Shown here: positions 32,075 through 43,758 of the stretch, in pieces
Layout of the letters: each line of letters opens with the position of its first letter
How positions within the stretch are numbered: position 1 is the stretch's first letter
Source of the DNA: Eubacteriales bacterium
Lineage (GTDB): Bacteria > Bacillota > Clostridia > Oscillospirales > JAAYXM01
Length of the DNA stretch: 64,000 nucleotides
Direction: 5' to 3'
Assembly: GCA_045652405.1 (NCBI GenBank)
Contig: JAZRUF010000005.1
Coordinates: 421-64,420, forward strand
Notes under the pieces: model-generated
What the model saw: only the letters and a program-made list of their open reading frames with translations
Databases searched by the model: none
Told to the model about the DNA's origin: nothing
Translations under genes and position numbers: made by a program

Positions 32075-32710
32075 TTATTTTGTTCCGAAAATGCGACCGC
32101 CAACATCACCAAAGCCCGGAGTGATGAACGCGTCATCAGTAAGTCCGTCATCCACGCTTGCGCAGAATATTTCAACGTCCGGATGAGTCTGCTGCACCTT
32201 CTCAATACCCTGCGGCGATGCAATTATAGTCATGAGCTTTACGGTCTTTTTAGTGTAATTCTTCACGACATCAATCGCTGCACATGCAGAGCCGCCGGTG
32301 GCAAGTGCCGGTTCAAGAACAAGCACGTCACGCTCGTCAATATCCTCAGGCATCTTGCAATAGTATTCAACCGGTGCGAGAGTGGTCGGGTCTCTGTAAA
32401 GTCCAATATGGCCTACTTTTACAGTTGGCATGAGCTCAATCATTCCGTCAACCATTCCCAAGCCTGCACGAAGGATAGGTACAATCGCAAGCTTTTTACC
32501 GGATATAACCTTAGTTTTTGCAACCGCTACCGGAGTTTCAATTTCAACCTCTTTAAGCGGAAGGTCACGTGTAGCCTCATAGCACATGAGCATAGCAATC
32601 TCAGAAATCACCTCTCGGAATTCCTTTACTCCGGTGGTTTTATCCCTGATAATCGAAAGCTTGTGCTGAATAAGCGGATGCTCCATTATAACTGTCTTTT
32701 TCATTTTCAT
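32075..32710 (-). CDS. upp: Uracil phosphoribosyltransferase
   Basis: [19 protein letters not shown] and the PRPP loop [13 protein letters not shown] are Upp hallmarks. Confidence 0.95.
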   Translation of the reverse strand: MKMKKTVIMEHPLIQHKLSIIRDKTTGVKEFREVISEIAMLMCYEATRDLPLKEVEIETPVAVAKTKVISGKKLAIVPILRAGLGMVDGMIELMPTVKVGHIGLYRDPTTLAPVEYYCKMPEDIDERDVLVLEPALATGGSACAAIDVVKNYTKKTVKLMTIIASPQGIEKVQQTHPDVEIFCASVDDGLTDDAFITPGFGDVGGRIFGTK

Positions 32711-32721
32711 ATCCTCCTTAA

Positions 32722-33183
32722 TTAGTCTTCAAGTGCTCCGGGTCCGTCTTTTTCAATCTTCATTATCATATCTACGCGGTTTGCATGTCTTCCACCCTCT
32801 GCAGGTGTTGAAATAAACAGGTCACACAACTCCGTTGCAAGCCCTGAGCCGATAACGCGTGCACCCAGGCAAAGAACATTTGCATCATTGTGCAAACGAG
32901 TGTATTTGGCGCTAAAATGCTCGCTGACAACCGCCGCACGTATTCCTTTCACCTTGTTTGCCGCCATAGACATTCCTATACCGGTTCCGCAAACCAGAAT
33001 TCCGAACTTGCACTCACCGTTTGCAACATTCTCAGAAACCTTTGCAGCAAACTTTGGATAATCACAACGTTCTTCATTATAAGCTCCGCAATCAACAACC
33101 TCATGACCGTTTTCAATAAGATGAGCTTTAAGCTCTTCTTTCATGCAGAATCCTGCACTGTCTGCACCTATTGCAATTTTCAT
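32722..33183 (-). CDS. rpiB: Ribose-5-phosphate isomerase B
   Basis: [11 protein letters not shown]...[22 protein letters not shown] matches the RpiB/LacAB family. Confidence 0.9.
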   Translation of the reverse strand: MKIAIGADSAGFCMKEELKAHLIENGHEVVDCGAYNEERCDYPKFAAKVSENVANGECKFGILVCGTGIGMSMAANKVKGIRAAVVSEHFSAKYTRLHNDANVLCLGARVIGSGLATELCDLFISTPAEGGRHANRVDMIMKIEKDGPGALED

Positions 33184-33200
33184 AACACAAATAACCTCAC

Positions 33201-33896
33201 TTAATCTTTATTTTTCATTTTCGCAAGGCGCTCACGTTCCGCCTGCGGAAGTCTCAAATAATATATTTCAAGTTTCTCCGGCGGTACACCTTCCATGTTC
33301 CGCGCGGCACGTGCAACACCGCATGCGCGTGGAAAACGCTGTGCACTATCCGGCAAAGCCGCGACTATCCCGAGCTTTTTGCACTCATTATAGCACATCT
33401 CAGCTCCGTCTCCAAGCAGAAGTATCCGCTCTTCTTCACTCTCAAGCTCTTCTAAAAGAGCAGATAGCGCAATCGCACGGTCCTTGCAAATGCGTGTTAT
33501 CACTCCGTCTTTACACCTAAAAACAGCATTGTACACCTGCCCTGCTCGCGCGTCCATAACCGGGCAAATAACACCCTCAAAAAAGCTTGCCTGATATGCC
33601 ATAGCCTCAAGCGTTGAAACACCGCATACCGGTATTCTGGTAGCCCACGAGAGACCTTTCGCCACAGATATACCAATTCTCAATCCGGTAAACGAGCCCG
33701 GCCCTGCCGCGACCGCTATCTTATCTATACCATCAAGCTTTTCGCCGCAAGTTTTAAGCATATTTTCAAGCATCGGCATAACCGTCTTTGAATGGGTAAG
33801 CCCATTATTTTGAAAAGCTTCTGCTACAAGTTTTCCGTCGCACTCAACGCACACGGACGCTGCAATAGCAGATGACTCAATCGCTAAAATCTTCAT
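33201..33896 (-). CDS. tsaB: tRNA t6A37 biosynthesis protein TsaB
   Basis: MKILAIESS........ then IAVAAGPGSFTGLRIG...AKGL, typical TsaB (YeaZ). It overlaps tsaE by 20 nt. Confidence 0.85.
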   Translation of the reverse strand: MKILAIESSAIAASVCVECDGKLVAEAFQNNGLTHSKTVMPMLENMLKTCGEKLDGIDKIAVAAGPGSFTGLRIGISVAKGLSWATRIPVCGVSTLEAMAYQASFFEGVICPVMDARAGQVYNAVFRCKDGVITRICKDRAIALSALLEELESEEERILLLGDGAEMCYNECKKLGIVAALPDSAQRFPRACGVARAARNMEGVPPEKLEIYYLRLPQAERERLAKMKNKD

Positions 33897-34326
33897 CTGT
33901 CATACACCCACGTGTTTCTATTGTTATTTCGCGCCATTCTGCATCTTCGCAGTTTAAGCAAATAGATATTTTCACATCCCAAGAAAAAGTTTCCTCCGCG
34001 CGTTCGAACCATTCTATAACGCAAACGCCGCCGCGCGTCAGGTACTCCTCAAAGCCTATGTCATACAATTCTTCGCCGTCTGACAGGCGGTATAAATCAA
34101 AGTGGAAAAGAGGTGTCTTTGCAGGGTATTCATTTACAATAGCGTAGGTAGGGCTTGTAACTCTGCCTTTAAATCCCATTCCGCGTGCTATGCCTCGCAT
34201 CATCGCGGTCTTCCCCGCTCCCATACCTCCGTACATAGCGACAACGCATCCCGCTCTAAGGCGCGCTCCCAACCGCTCGCCTAACGCTTCCGTTTCCGCT
34301 TCAGAACATGATATAAACTTAAGCAT
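33877..34326 (-). CDS. tsaE: tRNA t6A37 biosynthesis ATPase TsaE
   Basis: P-loop GGMGAGKT, SPTYAIVNEY and HFDLYRL motifs. Its ATG shares one nucleotide with the fhs stop. Confidence 0.85.
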   Translation of the reverse strand: MLKFISCSEAETEALGERLGARLRAGCVVAMYGGMGAGKTAMMRGIARGMGFKGRVTSPTYAIVNEYPAKTPLFHFDLYRLSDGEELYDIGFEEYLTRGGVCVIEWFERAEETFSWDVKISICLNCEDAEWREITIETRGCMTDEDFSD

Positions 34327-35996
34327 CAGAACAGACCGCTGATTTCACCGGTTGTATTTATATCAATCCGCTCAGCAGCCGGAGTTTTGGGGAGCCCCGG
34401 CATGGTCATAATATCGCCTGCAAGCGCGACGACAAATCCCGCACCCGCACTCAATCTTATCTGACGGATGTTTATCACAAAATCCGTAGGCCGTCCGAGG
34501 AGCTTTGCATCATCTGAGAGCGAGTACTGCGTTTTTGCAATACATACCGGGAAATGAGCATAGCCCATACTTTCGATATTTGCTATCATACGCTCGGCAG
34601 CCGGAGAATATGATACACCCTTTGCGCCGTATATCTTCCCGGCTATAACCGCAATTTTAGATTTTATGGAGAGTGAGCTGTCATAGAGCGGCGCAAAATC
34701 TGCCTGAGCCGAATCCGCAACCTCAATAACCTTTTGGGCAAGCTCAATGCCGCCTTCTCCACCCTTTGCAAACACTTCGCTGAGTGCATATTCAGCGCCC
34801 AGCTCTTTGCAGGTATTTTCAATAAACTCAAGCTCTGCCGCGGTATCATCGGCAAATCTGTTTATCGCGACCACCACCGGCACATTATACTGTTTTAAAT
34901 TCTCAATATGCGCGCGCAGATTGGAAATGCCTGATTTAAGCGCATCCAAATTCTCAATTGCAAGTTCTGCCTTCGGCACGCCGCCGTTATATTTAAGAGC
35001 ACGCACAGTCGCAACAAGGACGACACAATCAGGCTTAAGTCCCGCTTTGCGGCATTTGATGTCAAAAAACTTCTCAGCACCTAAGTCGGCACCGAATCCT
35101 GCTTCTGTGATAGTATAATCTGAAAGCTTGAGTGCAAGCTTAGTAGCTCTTACTGAGTTACAGCCATGTGCGATATTTGCAAACGGACCGCCGTGCATTA
35201 TGCAGGGAGTCCCCTCAAGAGTCTGCACCAAGTTGGGTAAAACCGCCTCTTTCATAAGAGCCGCCATCGCGCCTTGTGCATTAATATCCTTTGCAAAAAC
35301 CGGATTGTTATCGTAAGTATAGCCGACAAGGATTTCGCCAAAACGGCGCTTTAAGTCCTCCAAATCCTTTGCCAAGCATAAAATCGCCATAACTTCGCTG
35401 GCAACGGTTATCATAAATCCGTCCTCACGCACAACTCCGTTTGCTTTTCCGCCAAGTCCGACAATTACATTTCTAAGCGCGCGGTCATTCATATCAAGCA
35501 CGCGGCGTATTTCAATCCTGCGCGGGTCAATACCCAATTCGTTCCCCTGCTGGATATGGTTATCCACCATAGCGCAGAGCAGATTGTTCGCACTGGTTAT
35601 AGCGTGCATATCCCCGGTAAAGTGAAGGTTAATATCCTCCATCGGAACAACCTGTGCATATCCGCCACCTGCCGCTCCACCTTTTACTCCAAACACCGGT
35701 CCCAATGACGGTTCACGCAATGCAATAATAGCATTCTTGCCGATACGTCCCATAGCTTGGCCCAGACCTACGGTAGTTGTTGTTTTCCCCTCACCCGCAG
35801 GCGTAGGATTAATAGCCGTAACCAAGATAAGCTTGCCGTCCGGATTCTTTTCCACACGGCTTATAAGCTCTTCACTCATCTTCGCTTTATATTTTCCGTA
35901 AGGCACGAGCTCGTCGGCATCAACGCCAATTTTCTTAGCTATATCAGTTATAGGAAGCATTTTTGCACCCTGAGCTATTTCAATATCAGAAAGCAT
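34326..35996 (-). CDS. fhs: Formate-tetrahydrofolate ligase
   Basis: [17 protein letters not shown] and the P-loop [15 protein letters not shown], with full-length colinearity. The ATG at 35996 is 6-7 nt after GGAGG. The track start is a 7-codon extension. Confidence 0.95.
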   Translation of the reverse strand: MLSDIEIAQGAKMLPITDIAKKIGVDADELVPYGKYKAKMSEELISRVEKNPDGKLILVTAINPTPAGEGKTTTTVGLGQAMGRIGKNAIIALREPSLGPVFGVKGGAAGGGYAQVVPMEDINLHFTGDMHAITSANNLLCAMVDNHIQQGNELGIDPRRIEIRRVLDMNDRALRNVIVGLGGKANGVVREDGFMITVASEVMAILCLAKDLEDLKRRFGEILVGYTYDNNPVFAKDINAQGAMAALMKEAVLPNLVQTLEGTPCIMHGGPFANIAHGCNSVRATKLALKLSDYTITEAGFGADLGAEKFFDIKCRKAGLKPDCVVLVATVRALKYNGGVPKAELAIENLDALKSGISNLRAHIENLKQYNVPVVVAINRFADDTAAELEFIENTCKELGAEYALSEVFAKGGEGGIELAQKVIEVADSAQADFAPLYDSSLSIKSKIAVIAGKIYGAKGVSYSPAAERMIANIESMGYAHFPVCIAKTQYSLSDDAKLLGRPTDFVINIRQIRLSAGAGFVVALAGDIMTMPGLPKTPAAERIDINTTGEISGLF

Positions 35997-36034
35997 CTCT
36001 TTTCCTCCTGCCCACATTTTTCATACTTTAGTTA

Positions 36035-36063
36035 ATTATAGCAGAACGCTTATATTTTGTCGA
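36035..36063 (-). promoter_or_regulatory. Sigma-A-type promoter for the fhs-tsaE-tsaB-rpiB-upp run
   Basis: Minus strand: TCGACA (36063-36058), a 17-nt spacer ending in TGc, TATAAT (36040-36035). Confidence 0.55.
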
Positions 36064-36122
36064 TAGTTGTTAAAATAAAAGTGCATACAAATTAATTCTT
36101 ATAAATTACTTTCTTACCAAAT

Positions 36123-36164
36123 AAAAAACATGTTAAACCTATTGCTTACTTTAACATGTTTTTT
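36123..36164 (-). terminator. Rho-independent terminator after ung
   Basis: 15-bp stem, aaaaaacatgttaaa (36123-36137) pairing with tttaacatgtttttt (36150-36164), with U-runs available on either strand. Confidence 0.75.
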
Positions 36165-36171
36165 CTATCTT

Positions 36172-36837
36172 TTAAATCGACCAGTCTATCGGGTCATAAC
36201 CTGATAAAATAAGCTCCTGATTAGCTTTTATAAAGTGCCCGCAGCCGAAAAATCCGCGGCTTGCCGAAAGCGGGCTCGGGTGCGGAGCTTTAAAAATAAT
36301 ATGCTTTGGATTGGTTATAAGCTCTTCCTTTTCCCCTGCATTCTTGCCCCAAAGGAGAAATACTATCGGCTCATCACGTTCGTTTAAAAGCTCTATAACA
36401 CGGTCGGTAAACCTCTCCCAGCCTTGTCCTCTGTGAGAATTAGCCTGTCCCGCACGCACGGTAAGCACAGCATTTAAAAGCAGTACCCCTTGCTTTGCCC
36501 ACGGAATCAGGCACCCAGTGTTCGGAATCGGAGTCCCCAATTCTCTGTTAATTTCCTTAAACATATTTATAAGTGAGGGTGGCGCTTCTATACCCGGCTG
36601 AACCGAGAACGCCATTCCATGCGCCTGATTTGGTCCGTGATATGGGTCTTGCCCTAAGATAACCACTTTCACATCGCGGTAAGCCGTGTATTTAAGTGCA
36701 TTAAAAATATCCCCCGCAGGCGGATATACCGTCGTGCTCGAATACTCTCTTTTAAGGAATTCACGCAGTTTTAAATAATAATCCTTTTCAAATTCATCTT
36801 TTAAAAGCTCATCCCAGTCATTCCCGAACGATACCAT
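36172..36837 (-). CDS. ung: Uracil-DNA glycosylase
   Basis: Catalytic [17 protein letters not shown] and the C-terminal HPSPLSA leucine-loop motif. [21 protein letters not shown] aligns with the Bacillus Ung N-terminus, so I place the start at ATG 36837. Confidence 0.93.
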   Translation of the reverse strand: MVSFGNDWDELLKDEFEKDYYLKLREFLKREYSSTTVYPPAGDIFNALKYTAYRDVKVVILGQDPYHGPNQAHGMAFSVQPGIEAPPSLINMFKEINRELGTPIPNTGCLIPWAKQGVLLLNAVLTVRAGQANSHRGQGWERFTDRVIELLNERDEPIVFLLWGKNAGEKEELITNPKHIIFKAPHPSPLSASRGFFGCGHFIKANQELILSGYDPIDWSI

Positions 36838-36912
36838 TCTCTCGCCCCTTTTTTTAAAGTAGGGCATGAACCCTTTTAGAGTTCATGCCCCATAATACAT
36901 ATCAAATGTTTT

Positions 36913-38895
36913 TTACTTTACCAAAGCCTTTGCGCGTGCAACTACATTCTCGACGGTAAAGCCGTACTTCTCAAACAGCTTTGCAGCAGGTGCGGATGCG
37001 CCGAAGTTGTCAATGGACATAACATCTCCGTCCATACCCACATAGCGGTGCCAGCCGAAGGAAGTAGCAGCTTCAACTGCAAGGCGAGTGCGGCAGTCTG
37101 CCGGAAGAACACTCTCTTTATATGCTTTATCCTGCATTTCAAAGAGTGCCATGGACGGCATACTTACAACGCGTGCATCAATGCCCGCAGCCTTAAGCTC
37201 TGCATGAGCCTTGTAAACAAGCTCAACCTCAGAACCGGATGCCATGAGAATAATATCCGGGTTAGCCTTTTCGGAATCAACAAGGATATATCCACCCTTG
37301 AGAGCTGCCTTGCCGGTCTCAGCATACTGCGGTAGATTCTGACGAGTAAGAGCAAGTGCAACCGGATGCTCCTTATTAGTAACAGCGTAGTACCAACCCG
37401 CTGCGGTTTCCTTACCGTCAGCCGGGCGGAAGTCGATAAATCCGGGGATGGAACGCATAGCAGCCAACTGCTCAATCGGCTGATGTGTAGGTCCGTCTTC
37501 ACCTACGCCTATGCTGTCATGAGTGAAAATGTATGCAACCGGAAGTCCCATAAGGGCAGCCAGACGCATAGCCGGTTTCAGGTAATCAGAGAATACGAAG
37601 AAAGTAGCGCAGTATGGGATAACACCACCGTGTGCAGCCATAGCATTGCATATAGCGCCCATAGCGTGCTCACGTACGCCAAAGTGCAGATTGCTTCCTG
37701 CATAATCAGTCTTTGAGAAATCACCCATGCCGTTCATGTAGCTCTTATTTGACGGTGCAAGGTCAGCAGAGCCGCCGAACAGATTCGGAATAATATTTGC
37801 AAGACGATTAAGAACCTCACCTGAGGTTGCACGAGTAGCCATCGGCTTATCGTCAAAGCTCCAGAAATCGTCAGAATCGAGCGCTGCCATATCAACATCG
37901 CCTGACATCCACTTCTTCCACTCTGCAGCAAGCTCAGGCTCTGCCTTTTCATAAGCGGCAAACTTTTCAAGCCATGCATTCTCATTCTCATTAAGGCCGT
38001 CAACAACGTCCTTCATATGTGCACGCACATCGTCGCATACAACAAAGCTCTCAGCCGGCATACCCAAAGTCTCTTTAAGAGCCTTGAGGTTATCCTCACC
38101 CAACGGCTCGCCGTGAACCTTTGCAGTACCAGCATTAGGTGAACCGTAACCGATAACTGTTGTAATCTTAATAAGGGTCGGCTTGGAAGACTCAGCTTTT
38201 GCCACATCAATCGCCGCACAGATAGCATCAATGTCGTTTCCGTCCTCTACGCAGATTGTCTGCCAGCCGTATGACTCATAACGCTTGCAAACATCCTCGC
38301 AGAATGCAATATCAGTATTTCCCTCAATCGTGATAGAATTAGAATCGTATATAACAATAAGTTTTCCGAGACCCAGGGTTCCCGCAAGAGACGCTGCCTC
38401 ACCGGAGATACCTTCCATCATGCAGCCATCACCACAGAGAGCATATGTATAATGGTCTACAATGTCATATCCAGGGCGGTTGAATTTAGCCGCCAGATGA
38501 GCTTCTGCCATTGCAAAGCCAACCGCGTTTGCGATACCCTGACCGAGCGGTCCAGTGGTAATTTCAATGCCGGTAGTGTGGCGATACTCAGGATGGCCAG
38601 GAGTCAGGCTATCCTGCTGACGGAAGTTCTTTAAATCCTCAATAGTCAGACCGTAGTCAAACAGATGCAGCAAGCTGTACATCAAAGATGAGCCGTGACC
38701 TGCAGAAAGGATAAAACGGTCTCTGTCTGCCCAAGCGGGGTTTTTAGGACTGTGCTTAAGCTGTTTTGCCCAAATAGCATATGCCATCGGAGCTACGCCG
38801 AGCGGCAGACCCGGGTGACCGGACTTTGCCTGCTGTACCATATCCGCAGACAGCGTGCGGATGGTATTGATTGTCTTTTGTTCAATAGCGTTCAT
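36913..38895 (-). CDS. tkt: Transketolase
   Basis: N-terminal [18 protein letters not shown], the TPP-binding GDGCMMEG motif and a 660-aa full-length match. Confidence 0.95.
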   Translation of the reverse strand: MNAIEQKTINTIRTLSADMVQQAKSGHPGLPLGVAPMAYAIWAKQLKHSPKNPAWADRDRFILSAGHGSSLMYSLLHLFDYGLTIEDLKNFRQQDSLTPGHPEYRHTTGIEITTGPLGQGIANAVGFAMAEAHLAAKFNRPGYDIVDHYTYALCGDGCMMEGISGEAASLAGTLGLGKLIVIYDSNSITIEGNTDIAFCEDVCKRYESYGWQTICVEDGNDIDAICAAIDVAKAESSKPTLIKITTVIGYGSPNAGTAKVHGEPLGEDNLKALKETLGMPAESFVVCDDVRAHMKDVVDGLNENENAWLEKFAAYEKAEPELAAEWKKWMSGDVDMAALDSDDFWSFDDKPMATRATSGEVLNRLANIIPNLFGGSADLAPSNKSYMNGMGDFSKTDYAGSNLHFGVREHAMGAICNAMAAHGGVIPYCATFFVFSDYLKPAMRLAALMGLPVAYIFTHDSIGVGEDGPTHQPIEQLAAMRSIPGFIDFRPADGKETAAGWYYAVTNKEHPVALALTRQNLPQYAETGKAALKGGYILVDSEKANPDIILMASGSEVELVYKAHAELKAAGIDARVVSMPSMALFEMQDKAYKESVLPADCRTRLAVEAATSFGWHRYVGMDGDVMSIDNFGASAPAAKLFEKYGFTVENVVARAKALVK

Positions 38896-38934
38896 TTTTC
38901 CACCTCGATAAAAAATTTAATTTTCCTTTGAAAT

Positions 38935-38963
38935 ATTATACACCACATTTTGAGATTTGTACA
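38935..38963 (-). promoter_or_regulatory. Candidate sigma-A promoter for tkt
   Basis: Minus strand: TGTACA (38963-38958), a 17-nt spacer, TATAAT (38940-38935). Confidence 0.4.
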
Positions 38964-39031
38964 TTCTTTTTTTGTTAAAATTTTGGCAAAACCAAAATAT
39001 TATTTTAATGCGTAAAATAACTTAAGTATCT

Positions 39032-39059
39032 TTTGCATTTTCTTTATATGTGTTATACT
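39032..39059 (+). promoter_or_regulatory. Candidate sigma-A promoter for the YibE/F gene block
   Basis: TTTGCA (39032-39037), a 16-nt spacer ending in TGt, TATACT (39054-39059). Confidence 0.4.
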
Positions 39060-39096
39060 ATATTAATATAATCAAAATATCGATGGAGGTCGGGAC

Positions 39097-40365
39097 ATGG
39101 AAAGGCTAAAGAATATGTTTGGCAAAAAGCATCTAAATAGCACCGTATATATATTGACAATTGTATTTTCCATCCTTTTTATCGTAATCGGTAACCGAAT
39201 TGCCTGCAGCGGTTCATGGTTTACCGAGCCGCAGGACAAGGACCTTCCTGAGAGCGTTCGTGCCCGCGTAGTCCAAATATCAGAGCGTAGCAGCGACTCT
39301 TACAGTATGGATGGTGTCACAACTGTTGACAGTGTCAGCATCACATTCACAGCAAAAGTTCTCTCAGGTGAGGACAAGGGTGAAATCTACACTGCAAATC
39401 AAACAAACGACTCTTTTATGGCAAGCACTGCAAAGGAAGTTGAAGTCGGAGACAAAATAGTTTTATACTACGACGAAAGCAGTACCGGGGACATTCCGTG
39501 GACCTTTGGCGAATACATACGCACCGACGCATTAATGCTCCTCGGAATTCTCTTTTTCCTATTCCTGCTTCTGTTCGGACGCAAAAAGGGATTCAACACA
39601 ATAATCGCACTTGTTTTCACCGTACTTGCGGTATTTATAGTTTTCATTCCCTCAATTCTTTCAGGCTATAACATTTATCTTTGGTCATCAATAGTCGCAA
39701 TTTTCATGATAGTTATGACTCTCCTCATAGTAAACGGACCGGACAGAAAGACTCTAGTATCCATGATAGGCTGTGCAAGTGGTGTTCTTTTAGCCGCACT
39801 CTTGACTGTAGCTATGGATAAAATTCTAAAACTCACCGGCATGATGGACGAAAACACAGTTTATCTTACGTTTCTTGACACTGCGTCCCCGATAAATCTG
39901 AAAGCAATAATTTTTGCAGCTATTATCTTGGGTGCGTTAGGTGCTATAATGGACGTTGCAATGTCCTTAGCTTCATCGCTTTATGAGCTCAGGCAAAAAG
40001 CTGAGGCTCCGTCATTCAAACTCCTTATGCATTCAGGAATGGAAATCGGAAAAGATATGATGGGAACAATGTCAAACACACTTGTTCTTGCCTACATAGG
40101 CAGTTCCCTCTCGGTTGTTCTTCTACTGATTGCGTACAACAATAACCTTATTGAGCTTCTCAACAAGGAAATGATAGTCGTCGAAATACTGCAAACCCTG
40201 GTCGGAAGCATTGCAATTTTATTTACTATCCCATTTACTTCTTTTATTGCATCGTTTGTATATATGCTGCCGTCACGAAATCACGAGGAGATATTTCACG
40301 AAGAACTAACTCAGGATGCTTTACAAGACATATCCAAAGAGAGGAGTTGGGATTATGATATGTGA
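39097..40365 (+). CDS. YibE/F family membrane protein
   Basis: N-terminal TM, an extracytoplasmic beta-rich domain, then about seven TM helices containing GA.MDVAMS, typical of the YibE/F family. Confidence 0.65.
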   Translation: MERLKNMFGKKHLNSTVYILTIVFSILFIVIGNRIACSGSWFTEPQDKDLPESVRARVVQISERSSDSYSMDGVTTVDSVSITFTAKVLSGEDKGEIYTANQTNDSFMASTAKEVEVGDKIVLYYDESSTGDIPWTFGEYIRTDALMLLGILFFLFLLLFGRKKGFNTIIALVFTVLAVFIVFIPSILSGYNIYLWSSIVAIFMIVMTLLIVNGPDRKTLVSMIGCASGVLLAALLTVAMDKILKLTGMMDENTVYLTFLDTASPINLKAIIFAAIILGALGAIMDVAMSLASSLYELRQKAEAPSFKLLMHSGMEIGKDMMGTMSNTLVLAYIGSSLSVVLLLIAYNNNLIELLNKEMIVVEILQTLVGSIAILFTIPFTSFIASFVYMLPSRNHEEIFHEELTQDALQDISKERSWDYDM

Positions 40366-41161
40366 TACACATACTCACTCGATGTACTCCTTTGATGGGC
40401 ATGACAGCATAGAAACCCTATGCCGCGCTGCTATATCAAACGGCGTAGATATTCTAACCGTAACCGACCATTCAGAAGCACTTTCCGGAGTTCCTCTCAA
40501 CTCTGAAGAACAGGAAAGATGCTCAAACTCAGTCAAATTCGCAGAGGATGCCGCTCATATGTTTTCTCCAAAACTAACTGTTCTGCGCGGATGCGAGCTG
40601 GGTCAGCCACACATGAATCCGGAATACTCAAACGCTATACTTTCAAGCTTTGATTTTGACTATGTTATTGGCTCGATGCATTTTTTCCCGGGTAACATTG
40701 ACTTGTACGATGTCACTTACACGCGCGAAAACTACAGAGAATACATGAATATGTATTTTGAAGAAACTCTTAAAATGCTCGACTTTGACGGTTATCAGAC
40801 TTTAGGGCATATAGACTATATCACTCGCCTTTTGCACCATTGTTTTGACGGCACTCCAAACTATTTGGAATACCGTTTAGATGTTGAAAAAATCTTAAAA
40901 CGTGTGGTGGAAAAAGGTCTTGCTTTAGAAGTAAACACCTCAAGTCTGAGGAAAAAAGGTGCACTTTCCATTGAAAAATGGATACTTGAGACGTTTATGA
41001 GTTTTGGCGGTGAACACGTAACCATAGGAAGTGACGCTCACCTGGCTTCAGACGTAGGAAGTGGCTTTAAAGAAGCATTTGACCTTATTGGAAAATGTGG
41101 ATTTACGCATTACACTTATTTTGCAAATAAGGAACCCATATCGGTTCCTATACCCCGATAA
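40355..41161 (+). CDS. PHP-family histidinol-phosphatase-like hydrolase
   Basis: MICDTHTHSMYSFDG (the HxH of the PHP domain), ...TDH.. and C-terminal GSDAH. The ATG at 40355 is 8 nt after GAGGAG and overlaps the YibE/F stop by 11 nt. Confidence 0.75.
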   Translation: MICDTHTHSMYSFDGHDSIETLCRAAISNGVDILTVTDHSEALSGVPLNSEEQERCSNSVKFAEDAAHMFSPKLTVLRGCELGQPHMNPEYSNAILSSFDFDYVIGSMHFFPGNIDLYDVTYTRENYREYMNMYFEETLKMLDFDGYQTLGHIDYITRLLHHCFDGTPNYLEYRLDVEKILKRVVEKGLALEVNTSSLRKKGALSIEKWILETFMSFGGEHVTIGSDAHLASDVGSGFKEAFDLIGKCGFTHYTYFANKEPISVPIPR

Positions 41162-41175
41162 AGGAGTTTTTTAAT

Positions 41176-41658
41176 ATGAAAAAGGAAATACTTGAACTTT
41201 TAGAAAAGGACTGCACACTTACGGCCGAGCAAATAGCCAGCATGGTAAACGCAGACGAAGAAGAAGTACGCCACCTTATCCGTGAATTTGAGGAAAACGG
41301 TGTCATCCTCGGATACCGCGCTATAATAGACTGGGATAAAACCGAATGCGAAGCTGCCACAGCTCTTATAGAAATCAAGGTAACACCTCAGCGCGGTCAG
41401 GGCTTTGAGCGCGTCGCTGAGCGCATTTGTCAATACTCGGAGGTCGAAAGCGTTTATCTGATGTCCGGTGGTTTTGACCTTACTGCGATAATAAAAGGAA
41501 AAACGCTAAAGCAGGTGGCACTGTTTGTCGCCGAAAAGTTAGCTCCGCTGGATGCGGTCAACGCAACCTCAACTCATTTCGTTTTAAATAAATTCAAGGA
41601 TGCAGGTGTTCTGTTTTCAAAGGATCACGCTCCTCAGGAACGCATTCAAATTCTCTAA
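41176..41658 (+). CDS. Lrp/AsnC family transcriptional regulator
   Basis: N-terminal HTH (ILELLEKDCTLTAEQIASMV) and a C-terminal RAM domain (A.ALIEIKV....... V.SVYLMSGGFDL). Confidence 0.85.
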   Translation: MKKEILELLEKDCTLTAEQIASMVNADEEEVRHLIREFEENGVILGYRAIIDWDKTECEAATALIEIKVTPQRGQGFERVAERICQYSEVESVYLMSGGFDLTAIIKGKTLKQVALFVAEKLAPLDAVNATSTHFVLNKFKDAGVLFSKDHAPQERIQIL

Positions 41659-41670
41659 AAGAAAGGCAGC

Positions 41671-42861
41671 GTGATAGAAATGATTAATTACGACGAAAAA
41701 TTATCCTCACGGTTAAAAAACATAAAGCCCTCCGGTATACGCAAATTCTTCGATTTGGTCGAGGACACCGAGGGTGTAATCTCTCTCGGCATAGGCGAGC
41801 CTGATTTCGTAACCCCATGGCATATACGCGATGCCGGCGGATACTCTCTTGAAAAAGGATATACCTACTATACCCCCAACGCAGGACTTACCGAACTTCG
41901 CAGTGAAATCTCAAAGTACTTAAATCGCCGATTTGGGCTTACCTATTCCCCGAAAGATGAAATTCTGGTAACCGTCGGTGGAAGCGAAGCGATAGACCTG
42001 ACGGTGCGCGCGCTTATTGAACCCGGTGACGAGGTACTTATTCCCGAGCCATCCTTTGTATGCTATGACCCAATCACCGTCTTAGCTGGCGGTACCCCGG
42101 TCCCTATCCCCACATATAAGGAGGATAAATTCCGCCTTACGGCAGAGAATTTGGAAGCGGCAATCACTCCAAAATCCAAACTCCTGGTTTTACCTTATCC
42201 GTGCAATCCGACAGGTGCAATAATGCCGCGCGAACAGCTCGAGGCGATTGCCGAGGTTGTTATAAAGCATGATTTAATTGTCTTATCAGATGAAATTTAT
42301 GCCGAGCTTACATATGATGCCCATCATGTCTCCCCCGCATCAATTCCCGGGATGCGTGAACGCACGGTTGTTGTAAACGGCTTTTCAAAGGCCTATGCAA
42401 TGACCGGCTGGCGTTTGGGATATGCCTGTGCGCCGAAAGAGCTCATGGGAATAATGGTTAAAATTCACCAGTACGCGATTATGTCTGCTCCCACTACCGC
42501 TCAGTTTGCAGCGATTGAGGCAATGAAAAACGGAGATAATGACATACGTGAAATGCGTGAGGAATATGATCGCCGCCGCAGATTCGTGTGTGACCGCTTA
42601 AACAGCTTGGGTCTTACCTGCTTTGAACCGCAAGGCGCTTTCTATATTTTCCCATCCATTGAAAAAACCGGGCTCTCGTCCGAAGAATTTTGCGAGCGAC
42701 TTATAAACACACGCAAGGTTGCAGTAATCCCAGGAAACGCTTTCGGTGAATGCGGCGAGGGTTTTGTACGCTGTTGTTATGCCTGCTCCATGCGCGACCT
42801 TGCTGAAGCATTGGCGCGAATTGAACACTTCCTTGAAGATTTAGGAATACATCGCACATAA
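41671..42861 (+). CDS. Class I/II PLP-dependent aminotransferase (aspartate/alanine aminotransferase-like)
   Basis: The SGIRKFFDL motif, a NPTG turn and the PLP-lysine motif FSKAYAMTGWRLGY. Start uncertain (GTG 41671 or ATG 41680). Confidence 0.85.
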   Translation: MIEMINYDEKLSSRLKNIKPSGIRKFFDLVEDTEGVISLGIGEPDFVTPWHIRDAGGYSLEKGYTYYTPNAGLTELRSEISKYLNRRFGLTYSPKDEILVTVGGSEAIDLTVRALIEPGDEVLIPEPSFVCYDPITVLAGGTPVPIPTYKEDKFRLTAENLEAAITPKSKLLVLPYPCNPTGAIMPREQLEAIAEVVIKHDLIVLSDEIYAELTYDAHHVSPASIPGMRERTVVVNGFSKAYAMTGWRLGYACAPKELMGIMVKIHQYAIMSAPTTAQFAAIEAMKNGDNDIREMREEYDRRRRFVCDRLNSLGLTCFEPQGAFYIFPSIEKTGLSSEEFCERLINTRKVAVIPGNAFGECGEGFVRCCYACSMRDLAEALARIEHFLEDLGIHRT

Positions 42862-42879
42862 AATTTTGAGGTTTTACAA

Positions 42880-43746
42880 ATGAAACATTGTTTTAAGAAA
42901 GCATACGCAAAAATCAACTTAACATTGGATGTACTTGGCACGCGCGATGATGGATACCACGAGCTTTGCATGGTAATGCAGCAGGTTTCTCTTTGCGATA
43001 CCGTCGCCGTGCGCATCGGCTGCCCATGGGAAGGTATACAGGTTATATCAAACTTAGGCTACCTGCCATGTGATGATCGAAATATAGCTTATAAAGCCGC
43101 CAAACTGTTTTTAGACGAAACCGGTCTTTCTTCATCTGTCGGCGGCATAAACATCGCCATGGAAAAGCGAATCCCGGTCTCAGCAGGGCTTGCCGGCGGA
43201 AGTTCTGACGGCGCTGCCGTACTTTCCGCACTAAATGAGTTGTGCGAGACCAACTTGAGCTTGGATGAGCTGTGTAAAATAGGTGTCAAGATAGGCGCCG
43301 ATGTTCCATACTGCTTATGCGGCAATACTATGCTCGCATGCGGTGTTGGCGAAAAGCTATCCCCCCTTCCGCGTCTGCCTGAATGTTATATAGTTCTCTG
43401 CAAGCCGGGTTACGGAATGTCTACCCCAAAAGTATTCTCCGAGCTTGATGAGACCGAAATTCCTCGCCATCCGGACACAGAAGCCATGTTAAATGCTTTA
43501 AGCAAGGGGAATCTCAAAAATATTGCATCGCAGATGTACAACGTGCTCGAGCCTGTAGTCTCGGCATCAAAATCCGATATATCAGAAATTGAAAGGACTA
43601 TGATTGCCGCTGGTGCTCTCGGCTCTATAATGAGCGGTAGCGGAAGCACAGTATTTGGAATCTTTGATAGTCCGGCTTTCGCTAAACGCGCATACTCTAC
43701 TTTACGCAAGCACTATAAAGATACATTTTTTGCAAAATCCCTTTAA
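42880..43746 (+). CDS. ispE: 4-diphosphocytidyl-2-C-methyl-D-erythritol kinase
   Basis: AYAKINLTLDVLG.R.DGYHEL and the GHMP kinase motif PVSAGLAGGSSDGAA. Confidence 0.9.
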   Translation: MKHCFKKAYAKINLTLDVLGTRDDGYHELCMVMQQVSLCDTVAVRIGCPWEGIQVISNLGYLPCDDRNIAYKAAKLFLDETGLSSSVGGINIAMEKRIPVSAGLAGGSSDGAAVLSALNELCETNLSLDELCKIGVKIGADVPYCLCGNTMLACGVGEKLSPLPRLPECYIVLCKPGYGMSTPKVFSELDETEIPRHPDTEAMLNALSKGNLKNIASQMYNVLEPVVSASKSDISEIERTMIAAGALGSIMSGSGSTVFGIFDSPAFAKRAYSTLRKHYKDTFFAKSL

Positions 43747-43758
43747 ACAACACATATC

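Noticed and set aside
32051-32725. 224-aa plus-strand ORF covering the whole upp locus
   Set aside because: It is antisense to a clearly recognisable upp gene (PRPP loop, HPLIQHK motif). The translation is Cys/Arg/His-rich with no motif, so it is a shadow ORF.
36862-36890. 10-bp perfect hairpin (gggcatgaac / gttcatgccc) between tkt and ung
   Set aside because: No U-tract follows on the transcribed strand, and it overlaps only the rejected N-terminal extension of ung. It may be a processing or stability element, but the evidence is insufficient to call a terminator or regulator.
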